Shown: positions 52,137 through 59,461 of the stretch, piece after piece
How the letters are laid out: every line of letters begins with the position of its first letter
Position numbering within the stretch: the first letter of the stretch is position 1
From: Candidatus Methylacidiphilales bacterium
GTDB taxonomy: Bacteria; Verrucomicrobiota; Verrucomicrobiia; Methylacidiphilales; JBCBYL01
Direction of reading: 5' to 3'
Assembly: GCA_050329585.1 (NCBI GenBank)
Contig: JBHJOR010000046.1
Coordinates: forward strand, 6,658 to 70,657
DNA length: 64,000 bases
Notes under the pieces: model-generated
Told to the model about the DNA's origin: nothing
Databases searched by the model: none
Seen by the model: the letters and a program-made list of their open reading frames with translations, nothing else
Position numbers and translations under genes: made by a program

Positions 52137-52535
52137 TCATGCCAACCCTGCGGCCTGTATCGACCGTGCGGCCCACATGCCCGCACCGACCGCGAGCACG
52201 CACAATAAAACAGAACCCGTGGCATAAATCCCGGCGGACGCCAGGTCGCCTGATCGAAGCTGCTGCAAGACTTGAAAACTGAACGCGGAAAAGGTGGTGA
52301 ATCCGCCGCAAAATCCGGCCATCAGCATCTGGCGCCAAGCCGGATCCAGAAACCAGCGACCATCGGGCGCGGTCAGAAAAAAAATCAAACCCAGGCAGAA
52401 CGAGCCGATCACGTTCACCATCAGAGTCCCCGCCGTCCATCCTTCACCGAAGCGCTGAGCCATCCCGTAGCAAATCCCGTATCGGCTCATGCCTCCCAGC
52501 GCGCTTCCCAGTCCCACCAGCAGGATTGTTTTCAC
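52137..52535 (-). CDS. crcB: fluoride efflux channel CrcB/FluC
   Basis: 132 aa with 4 TM helices and the GxLGAxxR-like and GFCGGFTTFSAFS motifs. GTG start. Confidence 0.88.
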   Translation of the reverse strand: MKTILLVGLGSALGGMSRYGICYGMAQRFGEGWTAGTLMVNVIGSFCLGLIFFLTAPDGRWFLDPAWRQMLMAGFCGGFTTFSAFSFQVLQQLRSGDLASAGIYATGSVLLCVLAVGAGMWAARSIQAAGLA

Positions 52536-52968
52536 TCCTTGTTGTTAAGCGCGTCTTTGCCTTTTGGCAACCTTCCACCGTAGCCTAACCTAAGTTATTT
52601 AGTCATTGCCAATCAACAGGTTTCCATTTACGTTTACAGCTTGGAAAGGAGAACAGACCAGTTTCTCCGACCTTGATCAACGCCGGGAGATCAAGATCAG
52701 GGTCGTTTTGCATTGTGACCAAACTCTTCCGGCCCGAAACCGTTAACTTAAACTTATAAATTTGGCAGGCAGAATTTTTCAGGTTCAAAGAACTTCGTGG
52801 ATCATTCCTTCACCATTACCATGAACACCCTCCCTTTCTTTAAATCGGAGTCTCCATCATCCTCTTTGTCTGGGGTTGGCACGGAACGTGTTGCATCGGT
52901 TGTGGCCTGGGGCACTTCCATGGATCAGCCCTGACTTGCTTTCTGCCGGCCGCTGGTCTGTGCCGGAC

Positions 52969-53478
52969 ATGGAAAATACTACTCAAGATTCAGGCCGTCG
53001 CTCATCGGAGCGTAAGGGCCGTAACAACAATAATAATCGCAACCGCAGCCGGGGACCGCGTGGACGCCGTCCCGCCCCCGACCGTAAACCCAAAAAGAAA
53101 CAGAACCCTATTCTGGCCTTCTTCTCAAAACTCTTCGGAGCAGGGAAAAAGACTGGAAATAAGAAAACCTCCTCCGGTCGTTCAGAGCGTCCCGAACGCA
53201 CCCGCTCCGCTGAGGAAGTCATGCCTGAAATTAACTCGCCCCGGCTTTATGTCGGTAATCTGTCCTACGACACCACCGAAAGTGACCTCTTCGATCACTT
53301 TGCAGGAATTGGACAGGTGAAAAATGCCGAAATCGTTCGCGATCGCGGTGGAAACCGTTCCAAAGGCTTTGGTTTCGTCGAAATGAGTTCAGTAGAAATG
53401 GCGAAAACCGCATCGGAAAGATTACACCGCACCGATTTTCAGGGACGGCAAATCATCGTCTCCGGAGCGAAAAAATAG
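52969..53478 (+). CDS. RNA-binding protein with one RRM domain and an Arg/Asn/Lys-rich N-terminal extension
   Basis: Has RNP-2 LYVGNL and RNP-1 KGFGFVEM motifs. The ATG is at 52969. Confidence 0.85.
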   Translation: MENTTQDSGRRSSERKGRNNNNNRNRSRGPRGRRPAPDRKPKKKQNPILAFFSKLFGAGKKTGNKKTSSGRSERPERTRSAEEVMPEINSPRLYVGNLSYDTTESDLFDHFAGIGQVKNAEIVRDRGGNRSKGFGFVEMSSVEMAKTASERLHRTDFQGRQIIVSGAKK

Positions 53479-53508
53479 TTCCAGCTTACTAAAGGTCATT
53501 TCTTGTTA

Positions 53509-53541
53509 AGCCCCGCCGGCTCACCGGCGGGGCTTTTTTTA
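53509..53541 (+). terminator. rho-independent terminator after the RRM gene
   Basis: Stem AGCCCCGCCGG / CCGGCGGGGCT with a CTCA loop, followed by a T7 run. Confidence 0.75.
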
Positions 53542-53577
53542 TTTACGAGAATCCCCTCGCACGGGCAATCTCCACAT

Positions 53578-54312
53578 ATGTCTTCTTCTCCTCCAGAAAT
53601 CGTCCAACCCTCATCACATCCCAGCAGCCTTGCGCTCACTCTACCCGCTGTGCTGCTGGCCGCTCCTTTGCTCGGGATCGCTCTGGCCATCCTCATCGCC
53701 GCCTCCGCCTATTATTTTAAAGAAAATTATTCAGATGGATTCTATATCGATTATCAGGCCGCTAATGACTACATGGCCGATTCGGGAAATTTTGATCACA
53801 CCGCCTGGCTGGATGAAAAACTCCTAGCCCAACGTCGCATCGTCATCACCACCGACGTCAACCCGCAACTCTCCAAGCGCATCGTCGCCTCCCTCATCCT
53901 CCTCGATCAACTTGATCCCGAACTACCCATTCACCTCTACCTGCGAACCGAAGGCGGCTGGCTCTCCGATGCCTTTGCGGTGGTCGATGCCATGCAGGCC
54001 ATCAAGGCGCCGGTCAACGTTTACTCCATGGGCGGCACCAGCTCCGCCGGAGCTATTATCCTCTGCGCGGGCACCGGACGCCGCGTCGCCCTGCCTCAAT
54101 CCCTCATTATGGTGCACGATAACCTGAGTGAGCCCGGGAAGAGTCCATACGATTCCGACCGCCAACATAACGCACGGCTTCGGGCCTTCTGGAAAGAACG
54201 GGCCAAGTTGCCGCCAGACTGGTTCATTGAAAGTGGCGATGAGTCGCACTACCTGAACGCCAAGCAGGCATTGGAGTTCGGCATCATTGATGAAATCGTG
54301 GAAAAATTTTGA
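53578..54312 (+). CDS. ClpP-family (S14) serine peptidase homologue with an N-terminal transmembrane anchor
   Basis: GGTSSAGAIIL aligns by eye with ClpP GQAASMGAFLL (Ser), MVHD with MIHQ (His), and GDESHYL with ERDRFL (Asp). A TM helix (LTLPAVLLAAPLLGIALAILIAASAYYF) precedes the peptidase domain. Confidence 0.7.
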   Translation: MSSSPPEIVQPSSHPSSLALTLPAVLLAAPLLGIALAILIAASAYYFKENYSDGFYIDYQAANDYMADSGNFDHTAWLDEKLLAQRRIVITTDVNPQLSKRIVASLILLDQLDPELPIHLYLRTEGGWLSDAFAVVDAMQAIKAPVNVYSMGGTSSAGAIILCAGTGRRVALPQSLIMVHDNLSEPGKSPYDSDRQHNARLRAFWKERAKLPPDWFIESGDESHYLNAKQALEFGIIDEIVEKF

Positions 54313-55495
54313 GGCGGCTCCCGCCGCGTTTTATTCACTGATCCATCGCAGGATGGTTTTTTGGCGGCTGGTGGTAGCCGCTCTGGTGGCTTTGGAAGCT
54401 CATGCTTTCACCACTTCCGGCGTTCAACCCCTTGTTCCCTGGCTCCTAGCTTATGGAGCCTTGACCATTCTGCTAGAATGGTTTCTGTCCCCCCATTTTT
54501 CCAACCGTTCCCAGTGGATTCTCATTCTGGCCGACACCCTTTTTCTGGCCCTCTATACTTACTTGCGCCGGGAGTATGAGCTGCCTGTCATAAATTTTTT
54601 CGTATTTGTCATGGCGGGCAACGGCATCATTTTACTGGCCGCCCTGCGTCGCAGTGCGGTTCTGCTGGCATGGTCAGCCTTCCTTTTTCTGGTGACTTAT
54701 GTGGTCTTGATGGATTTTTACCTGTGGAACTACCTGCGCGATCTCCGCGTGGTGGTGGGAGGGCCGCTCATTATCCTCCTGACGACCTTGGCGGCCCACA
54801 CCGCTCTGCGTGCCGCCTTGAGTGCTGAGCGGGAAGCCGCATCACGGATCCGTCTGGGCCGGTTTTTATCACAGGAAATCATCCGGGAGCTGGATCGTGC
54901 CGACCGGGCCGACGGCGTTTTCCCTCCCACCGATAAAGAAGTCACCATTCTCTTTGCCGACATCCGGGGATTCACCACCCTCGCTCAATCCCTTCCTCCC
55001 GACCAAACCCTCGACCTGCTCAACCGGTTTATCGATTGCTCCACCAGTGCCGTTTTTGAATGTGGAGGAACCGTGGACAAATACATTGGCGATTGTGTGA
55101 TGGCTGTTTTTGGTGCCCCCTTGAAAAAAGCTGACGATGCTGAGCGGGCGGTGTTATCCGCCTTGAATCTGCTGGATCGAGTGGAGCGTTGGAACGGTGA
55201 ACGCCAATCTCAGGCACTGCCTCCGCTCCGTATCGGCATCGGTCTCAACACCTCCGTGGTGCTGGCAGGAACCGTAGGGTCACGCCACCGCATTGAATAC
55301 ACCGTGATTGGCGATGGCGTCAACGTGGCCTCACGGGTTTCCGATCTCACCAAAAAACACCCTCACTCGATCATCCTGACCTCCACCACCTACCAACGCC
55401 TTCCCGATTCCCTGCGCCAGCGCTGCCAGAACCTCGGCACCGAAACCCTCCGGGGCCGCACCGGAGAAATTCAACTTTTCGGCCTGGATCCGTAG
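54290..55495 (+). CDS. class III adenylate/guanylate cyclase with an N-terminal ~6-TM domain
   Basis: Catalytic-domain motifs TILFADIRGFTTL, KYIGDCVMAVFGAP, GLNTSVVLAGTVGS and YTVIGDGVNVASR. The start is ambiguous (54287 TTG, 54290 ATG or 54353 ATG). Confidence 0.85.
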   Translation: MKSWKNFEAAPAAFYSLIHRRMVFWRLVVAALVALEAHAFTTSGVQPLVPWLLAYGALTILLEWFLSPHFSNRSQWILILADTLFLALYTYLRREYELPVINFFVFVMAGNGIILLAALRRSAVLLAWSAFLFLVTYVVLMDFYLWNYLRDLRVVVGGPLIILLTTLAAHTALRAALSAEREAASRIRLGRFLSQEIIRELDRADRADGVFPPTDKEVTILFADIRGFTTLAQSLPPDQTLDLLNRFIDCSTSAVFECGGTVDKYIGDCVMAVFGAPLKKADDAERAVLSALNLLDRVERWNGERQSQALPPLRIGIGLNTSVVLAGTVGSRHRIEYTVIGDGVNVASRVSDLTKKHPHSIILTSTTYQRLPDSLRQRCQNLGTETLRGRTGEIQLFGLDP

Positions 55496-55596
55496 GTATC
55501 GCAACATGCGAATCACTGAATGAGAGTCACTCAATGGACGCCTAGTGACGGGAATTTTTCTTGTCAGAGATCATCGTCAAGACAGGCTGATCCGCC

Positions 55597-57357
55597 GTGG
55601 ATTCTCGCAGGGCTTCACTTCTGGAACTTCTTGCATGGGACGAACGCGTTCGTTTCGTAATTCCCCGTTGGCAGCGCCAATACGTTTGGGGAACCACCGG
55701 TGCGGGGGACTATGAGGTCAAGCAACTCTGGGACGACATTCGCACCCATTGCCTGAGCGGCGGAAAACATTTCTGCGGGGTCATGCTGCTGCGCCGCATC
55801 GCCGACACAGAACCCATCGGATGGGAGATTGTGGATGGCCAGCAGCGGATGACCACTTTTTTCCTGTTATTCATCGCCATTCGCGATGAATGCAAACGCC
55901 GGGAAATCGATTTTTCCGAACTGAGCCACGTCTTCACCACCGACAAGTCCCATGAGTGCCGCTTGATTCTACAGCAAGGCCTGAACAACGACCGGGAAGT
56001 CATGAATGCTCTGCTTCAAGACACCTTCGCGGCCCTCCCCCAAAAAACCAAAGAAGAAAGCCGGCTGGCAAAAGCCTACCAATTCTTTGTCGTGGAACTC
56101 GTGACCCATGTCAGCGATCAACAGATGTTGTCTTTGGTTTTGAATATCCTTCAAGGCATTGATCTCCTCATACTCACGGTCAATCCCGACGACGATACAC
56201 GAAGAATTTTCGAGACCCTGAACAGCCGCGGGCGCAGGATCGACCCCTATGACCTCGTGGCCAATCTCATCAACTACATCGGCCAGGAAGATGATGAAAT
56301 CAACCTCCGCGCCCAACAGGTCTGGTATTCCATCCAACAGAAATTCGAGAAAGATGATTTGGAGGATTTCCTCTCGGCGTTTGCCAAACGAAATGCCCAG
56401 CAAACGGCACGCGGAGCCATCCTGGACGAAATTGAGTATGAAGTGCGCGTGGCGCGGGAGAACAAGCGGGTCCTACCCTGGCTCAATGAGTTTGAGCGGG
56501 CGGCGAAGTACTACCACGACATCATATTTCCAGGACAGGATGGTGAACCCTTTCAAGCCGTCCTTGATGAAATCCGAAGACTGCGCATCCCAAAGATCAA
56601 TCCGTTTCTGCTCGCCCTTTTGGAGGCTTTTGGCGACTCCTCCGTAAGTTTGCCTCTGATCATGAACCTCCGATCACTCATGGTTCGAATTCTGGTCAGC
56701 AACAAACGCCCGGCCTATAAAATCGAACGTTTTGCCGAAACGGCATGCGAGATTTTCTTCGATCTGAAACTCGGTCGTCAGGAGCAATTGAATCGGGTCA
56801 GCAAGTTGATCGATGACTCCTGGATACCCGATCCGATTTTTGCCAAGGAAATGGCCAAAAGAGATCTCTATGCCCCCGGTGCCCACATGATCCGTCTGCG
56901 TTACTATCTGGAAAAACTGGAACACAAAATTTCTGAAGAGCAGGGTCAGCCTTTCGAATCCTATTTTGGCGACAAAACCACCGTCGAGCACATCATGCCC
57001 CAGACCTTGAATGAAACCTGGATATCCTCCCTCCGAACCAAGGATCACCTCCGCCTTGAAACTCAGCACGAATCTCTGGTCAATACTCTTGGAAATCTCA
57101 CCGTGCTGCTTGGATGCGATAACAGCGCCGTGAAGAATGAATCCTTCGCCACGAAAAAAAGCTTCTACCTAAGCCCCGACGAAACCCTGAAACAGATGGG
57201 TATTCGCAAACGTAAGGCCGCCCTAGGAACCTGCGCCCTCAACCGTTACTTCGAACAAATCAGTCACTGGAACTTTCAGGAAATTTCCAGGCGGGGCCAG
57301 TATCTGGCCTCGCTCGGACTCCAAATTTGGGCCAAGATACCCATGAACGAGAAATAA
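55597..57357 (+). CDS. DUF262/DUF1524 protein (GmrSD-like type IV, modification-dependent restriction endonuclease family)
   Basis: N-terminal IPRWQRQYVW, DGQQRMTT and FETLNSRGRRIDPYDL (DUF262, ParB-like NTPase). C-terminal TVEHIMPQ...LGNLTVL...N (DUF1524, His-Me finger). Confidence 0.85.
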   Translation: MDSRRASLLELLAWDERVRFVIPRWQRQYVWGTTGAGDYEVKQLWDDIRTHCLSGGKHFCGVMLLRRIADTEPIGWEIVDGQQRMTTFFLLFIAIRDECKRREIDFSELSHVFTTDKSHECRLILQQGLNNDREVMNALLQDTFAALPQKTKEESRLAKAYQFFVVELVTHVSDQQMLSLVLNILQGIDLLILTVNPDDDTRRIFETLNSRGRRIDPYDLVANLINYIGQEDDEINLRAQQVWYSIQQKFEKDDLEDFLSAFAKRNAQQTARGAILDEIEYEVRVARENKRVLPWLNEFERAAKYYHDIIFPGQDGEPFQAVLDEIRRLRIPKINPFLLALLEAFGDSSVSLPLIMNLRSLMVRILVSNKRPAYKIERFAETACEIFFDLKLGRQEQLNRVSKLIDDSWIPDPIFAKEMAKRDLYAPGAHMIRLRYYLEKLEHKISEEQGQPFESYFGDKTTVEHIMPQTLNETWISSLRTKDHLRLETQHESLVNTLGNLTVLLGCDNSAVKNESFATKKSFYLSPDETLKQMGIRKRKAALGTCALNRYFEQISHWNFQEISRRGQYLASLGLQIWAKIPMNEK

Positions 57358-57364
57358 CCAGATC

Positions 57365-57865
57365 ATGAATGTTGGAACCACACTAAAATCCGTTGAAAAG
57401 AAATTCGGTCCGTGTCTGCCAGGACCGGGAGACCCTGACAAAACCGTATCCGCCATCCGTTACGCGGCCGGAAAAGGAAAAAAATTTGCCGGAATACCCG
57501 GCATCCTGCCCGATGCCATGTTTCTGGTCCACTTCCCTGTGGCGGTCGATCTCTCCCGCATCAAAGTCGCCAAAAAAGGCCCGGCTGACTTCATCAACGA
57601 CATGCGACAAGATGGACCCCAGTCCACACAAGGCCGTCAAGCGGATGTGGAGGCCTTCCTGCGCGGCTATGCCGAACTGGAAAAGAAAGAAGCGGCCAAG
57701 CGTCAAAAAGCCGCCGCCAAACAAGCAGCGGAGAAACTCCGGGAATTCCTGGGAGAAAAAGAAATCATCGTCGAGGTGAACGGCAGACGAATGACCGCCC
57801 GAGCAAAAATCACTCTGGTTAAAAAAACCGGCAAACTCAAAATTTCTGCGGAAGCCGACTTTTAA
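57365..57865 (+). CDS. hypothetical protein (166 aa), probable operon partner of the GmrSD-like gene
   Basis: Starts 8 nt after the upstream stop. It has a Lys/Ala-rich predicted coiled segment (EKKEAAKRQKAAAKQAAEKLRE). No family recognised. Confidence 0.5.
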   Translation: MNVGTTLKSVEKKFGPCLPGPGDPDKTVSAIRYAAGKGKKFAGIPGILPDAMFLVHFPVAVDLSRIKVAKKGPADFINDMRQDGPQSTQGRQADVEAFLRGYAELEKKEAAKRQKAAAKQAAEKLREFLGEKEIIVEVNGRRMTARAKITLVKKTGKLKISAEADF

Positions 57866-57927
57866 ATTGGGGATTTCCAGCCTACGACCCTACTCGATCT
57901 TTCTTGAGTAGACCATATCGTGACAAA

Positions 57928-58377
57928 ATGTTGCGTTATGTCACGCTGTGCACTACTATAAACCTTGTGAGCTCCACTACCGTTAGACTCTCAAAGCAAT
58001 TGGTTGACTCAGCAAAGGAAATCGCCGTTTGGAACGAGCGCTCAGTCCCTGGACAACTCGAGCATTGGGCGCTTTTAGGTAAGGCCATCGAAGAGCACCT
58101 TCCGCCGACCAGTGCTATTGCCCTTAAGAAATCGGCCGCTTTGGAAGGCAAGGTCCTCGGCCCTGAAGACGAAGCTTTAGTTTTGCGCCTCTTGGAGGCT
58201 CTGCGCAAATCCATGCCCTCCACGCAAGTCTCCCATAGTCTGGCCAAGAAACATCGTTTTCTCTATGAGGCAGATCCCCTTCATCCTGATTTACTCATCC
58301 AAGTTGATTCCAATGGTAAGAAGACCCCCGGGAAAATGGTTAACCGCCGGTTTGTTCCCCAGCATTCCGAAAAGTAA
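57928..58377 (+). CDS. ParD-like type II antitoxin family protein with a C-terminal extension
   Basis: TTVRLSKQLVDSAKEIAVWNERSVPGQLEHWALLGKAIEE matches the ParD-like (PF11903-type) pattern as I recall it. The start is uncertain (TTG 57904, ATG 57928 or GTG 57967). Confidence 0.6.
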   Translation: MLRYVTLCTTINLVSSTTVRLSKQLVDSAKEIAVWNERSVPGQLEHWALLGKAIEEHLPPTSAIALKKSAALEGKVLGPEDEALVLRLLEALRKSMPSTQVSHSLAKKHRFLYEADPLHPDLLIQVDSNGKKTPGKMVNRRFVPQHSEK

Positions 58378-58404
58378 AAGAGCCAATTTTTTTACGTTTT
58401 CGTA

Positions 58405-59037
58405 ATGCCTGATGAACTCAAAAACATTGTGGTCATTCTTGCTGGTCCCAATGGAGCCGGTAAAACCAGTTTCTATGAACTTTTTTTATCAAAATCTTCA
58501 CTGCCTTTTGTTAATGCCGACACCCTAGCCCTTGAACATTTCGGCAGAGTCGCTCAAAACGACGAAGAAGCGCTCGCAGCAGCAAAGATTGCAGAAGCCG
58601 AACGACAGCGATTGGTCCAAGAAAATCAGTCCTTCATCTTCGAAACGGTTCTATCCGATTCGAAGGGTGCCAAAATCCAATTCCTACGTAATGCCCAAAA
58701 ACGCGGATACTTTGTCGAAGCTATATATATCGGCTTGGCGACACCGGAACTTTCGCAAGCCCGCGTTATTCAACGGGTCGATGCCGGCGGTCATGATGTT
58801 CCCGACGATAAAATTACCGCCCGCTATCCCCGCACCTTAAAGAACTTGGCTCTCTTGATCGATGTCGTGGATCGGCTGACCCTTTACGACAACAGCCAAG
58901 TGAACCATCCCTTTCAGTTCGTGGCGTATTTCGAGAGTGGGCAAATCATACAACGAGTCGCTCATCTTCCACCCTGGACAGAAACTCTGGACCTACCCCG
59001 GCGTGACCTTCCCACCACACAAATCATCACCGGCTAA
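58405..59037 (+). CDS. zeta-toxin-like P-loop kinase (AAA_33/Zeta_toxin family)
   Basis: Walker A VILAGPNGAGKTS. The ~210-aa size and the position directly after a ParD-like gene fit the known pairing. Confidence 0.7.
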   Translation: MPDELKNIVVILAGPNGAGKTSFYELFLSKSSLPFVNADTLALEHFGRVAQNDEEALAAAKIAEAERQRLVQENQSFIFETVLSDSKGAKIQFLRNAQKRGYFVEAIYIGLATPELSQARVIQRVDAGGHDVPDDKITARYPRTLKNLALLIDVVDRLTLYDNSQVNHPFQFVAYFESGQIIQRVAHLPPWTETLDLPRRDLPTTQIITG

Positions 59038-59048
59038 GACCATGCTAA

Positions 59049-59414
59049 ATTTCACACGCGACATTCTCCCAAGCAAGGCTTCCAAGTCACTCCCGCCACC
59101 TGCTTTTTGAAACCCCGCGCGGACGGGTCTTGGTGGAAATCAAGCGCGGCCCCATCACCCCGGCCTGCGTGGGACAGATCGAGCGTTATGCCATAAGACA
59201 AGCTCCACGGGTCAAAATAGCCGCCGGATTTCTCATTGGAACCCAGTTGACCCCGGCAGCGGAAAAAAGGTTGGCCGCGTCATCGCTCCACTTGAAATAC
59301 CGGCAGCTTGGGCGCGATATCCCGCAAGAGATTAAAGTCTGCCTCCGTTGCCGCCGTCCCTACGATGCCCGGCTCAACGCCTGCCCGCACGACGGCGAAA
59401 CCCGTCATCTCTAA
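59049..59414 (+). pseudogene. N-terminally truncated PD-(D/E)xK (NucS/DUF91-like) nuclease remnant with a C-terminal zinc-ribbon-like tail
   Basis: RHLLFETPRGRVLVEIKRG...VGQIERY resembles the iDLL...lvvvElKrg...QllrY core, but the expected Asp is His and the upstream half is absent. No ATG; the ORF is bounded by a stop at 59046-59048. The tail is CLRCRRPYDARLNACPH. Confidence 0.4.
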
Positions 59415-59461
59415 GAGGCCGTCTAAAAAGTTCAGGAAAACAGCGTTACCGCAAGCATCTC

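Noticed and set aside
52536-52720. Possible fluoride (crcB-motif) riboswitch upstream of crcB.
   Set aside because: By eye, neither the GGAGA...UCUCC hairpin nor the UUGCC-AAAA-GGCAA hairpin is followed by the conserved CUGAUGAU-CC pseudoknot segment, and the loop lengths do not fit the ~52-nt core. It is kept only as a 'run cmsearch RF01734' item.
52603-52788. A 61-aa minus-strand ORF in the crcB upstream region.
   Set aside because: It has no recognisable RBS, motif or hydrophobic/structural pattern. It cannot be supported from the sequence alone and is mentioned only within the crcB-leader finding.
52877-52895. TGGCACG...TTGCA upstream of the RRM gene, which looks like a sigma-54 promoter.
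   Set aside because: Both half-sites are perfect, but they are separated by 7 nt instead of 4 (GG-N13-GC instead of GG-N10-GC). Sigma-54 spacing is essentially invariant, so I do not call it a promoter.
55513-55536. The direct repeat TCACTGAATG-AGAG-TCACTCAATG upstream of the GmrSD-like gene as an operator or att-site remnant.
   Set aside because: It is a single 10-nt imperfect repeat with no second copy at the other edge of the island (about 59.4 kb) that I could find. This is insufficient to claim a mobile-element boundary.
54290-57357. The class III cyclase next to a defence nuclease could be a Pycsar/CBASS-like signalling defence system.
   Set aside because: The cyclase has a 6-TM sensor-type N-terminus typical of housekeeping signalling cyclases. 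The adjacent GmrSD-like protein has no cNMP-binding, SAVED or TIR domain. The genes are separated by about 100 nt with their own upstream repeats.
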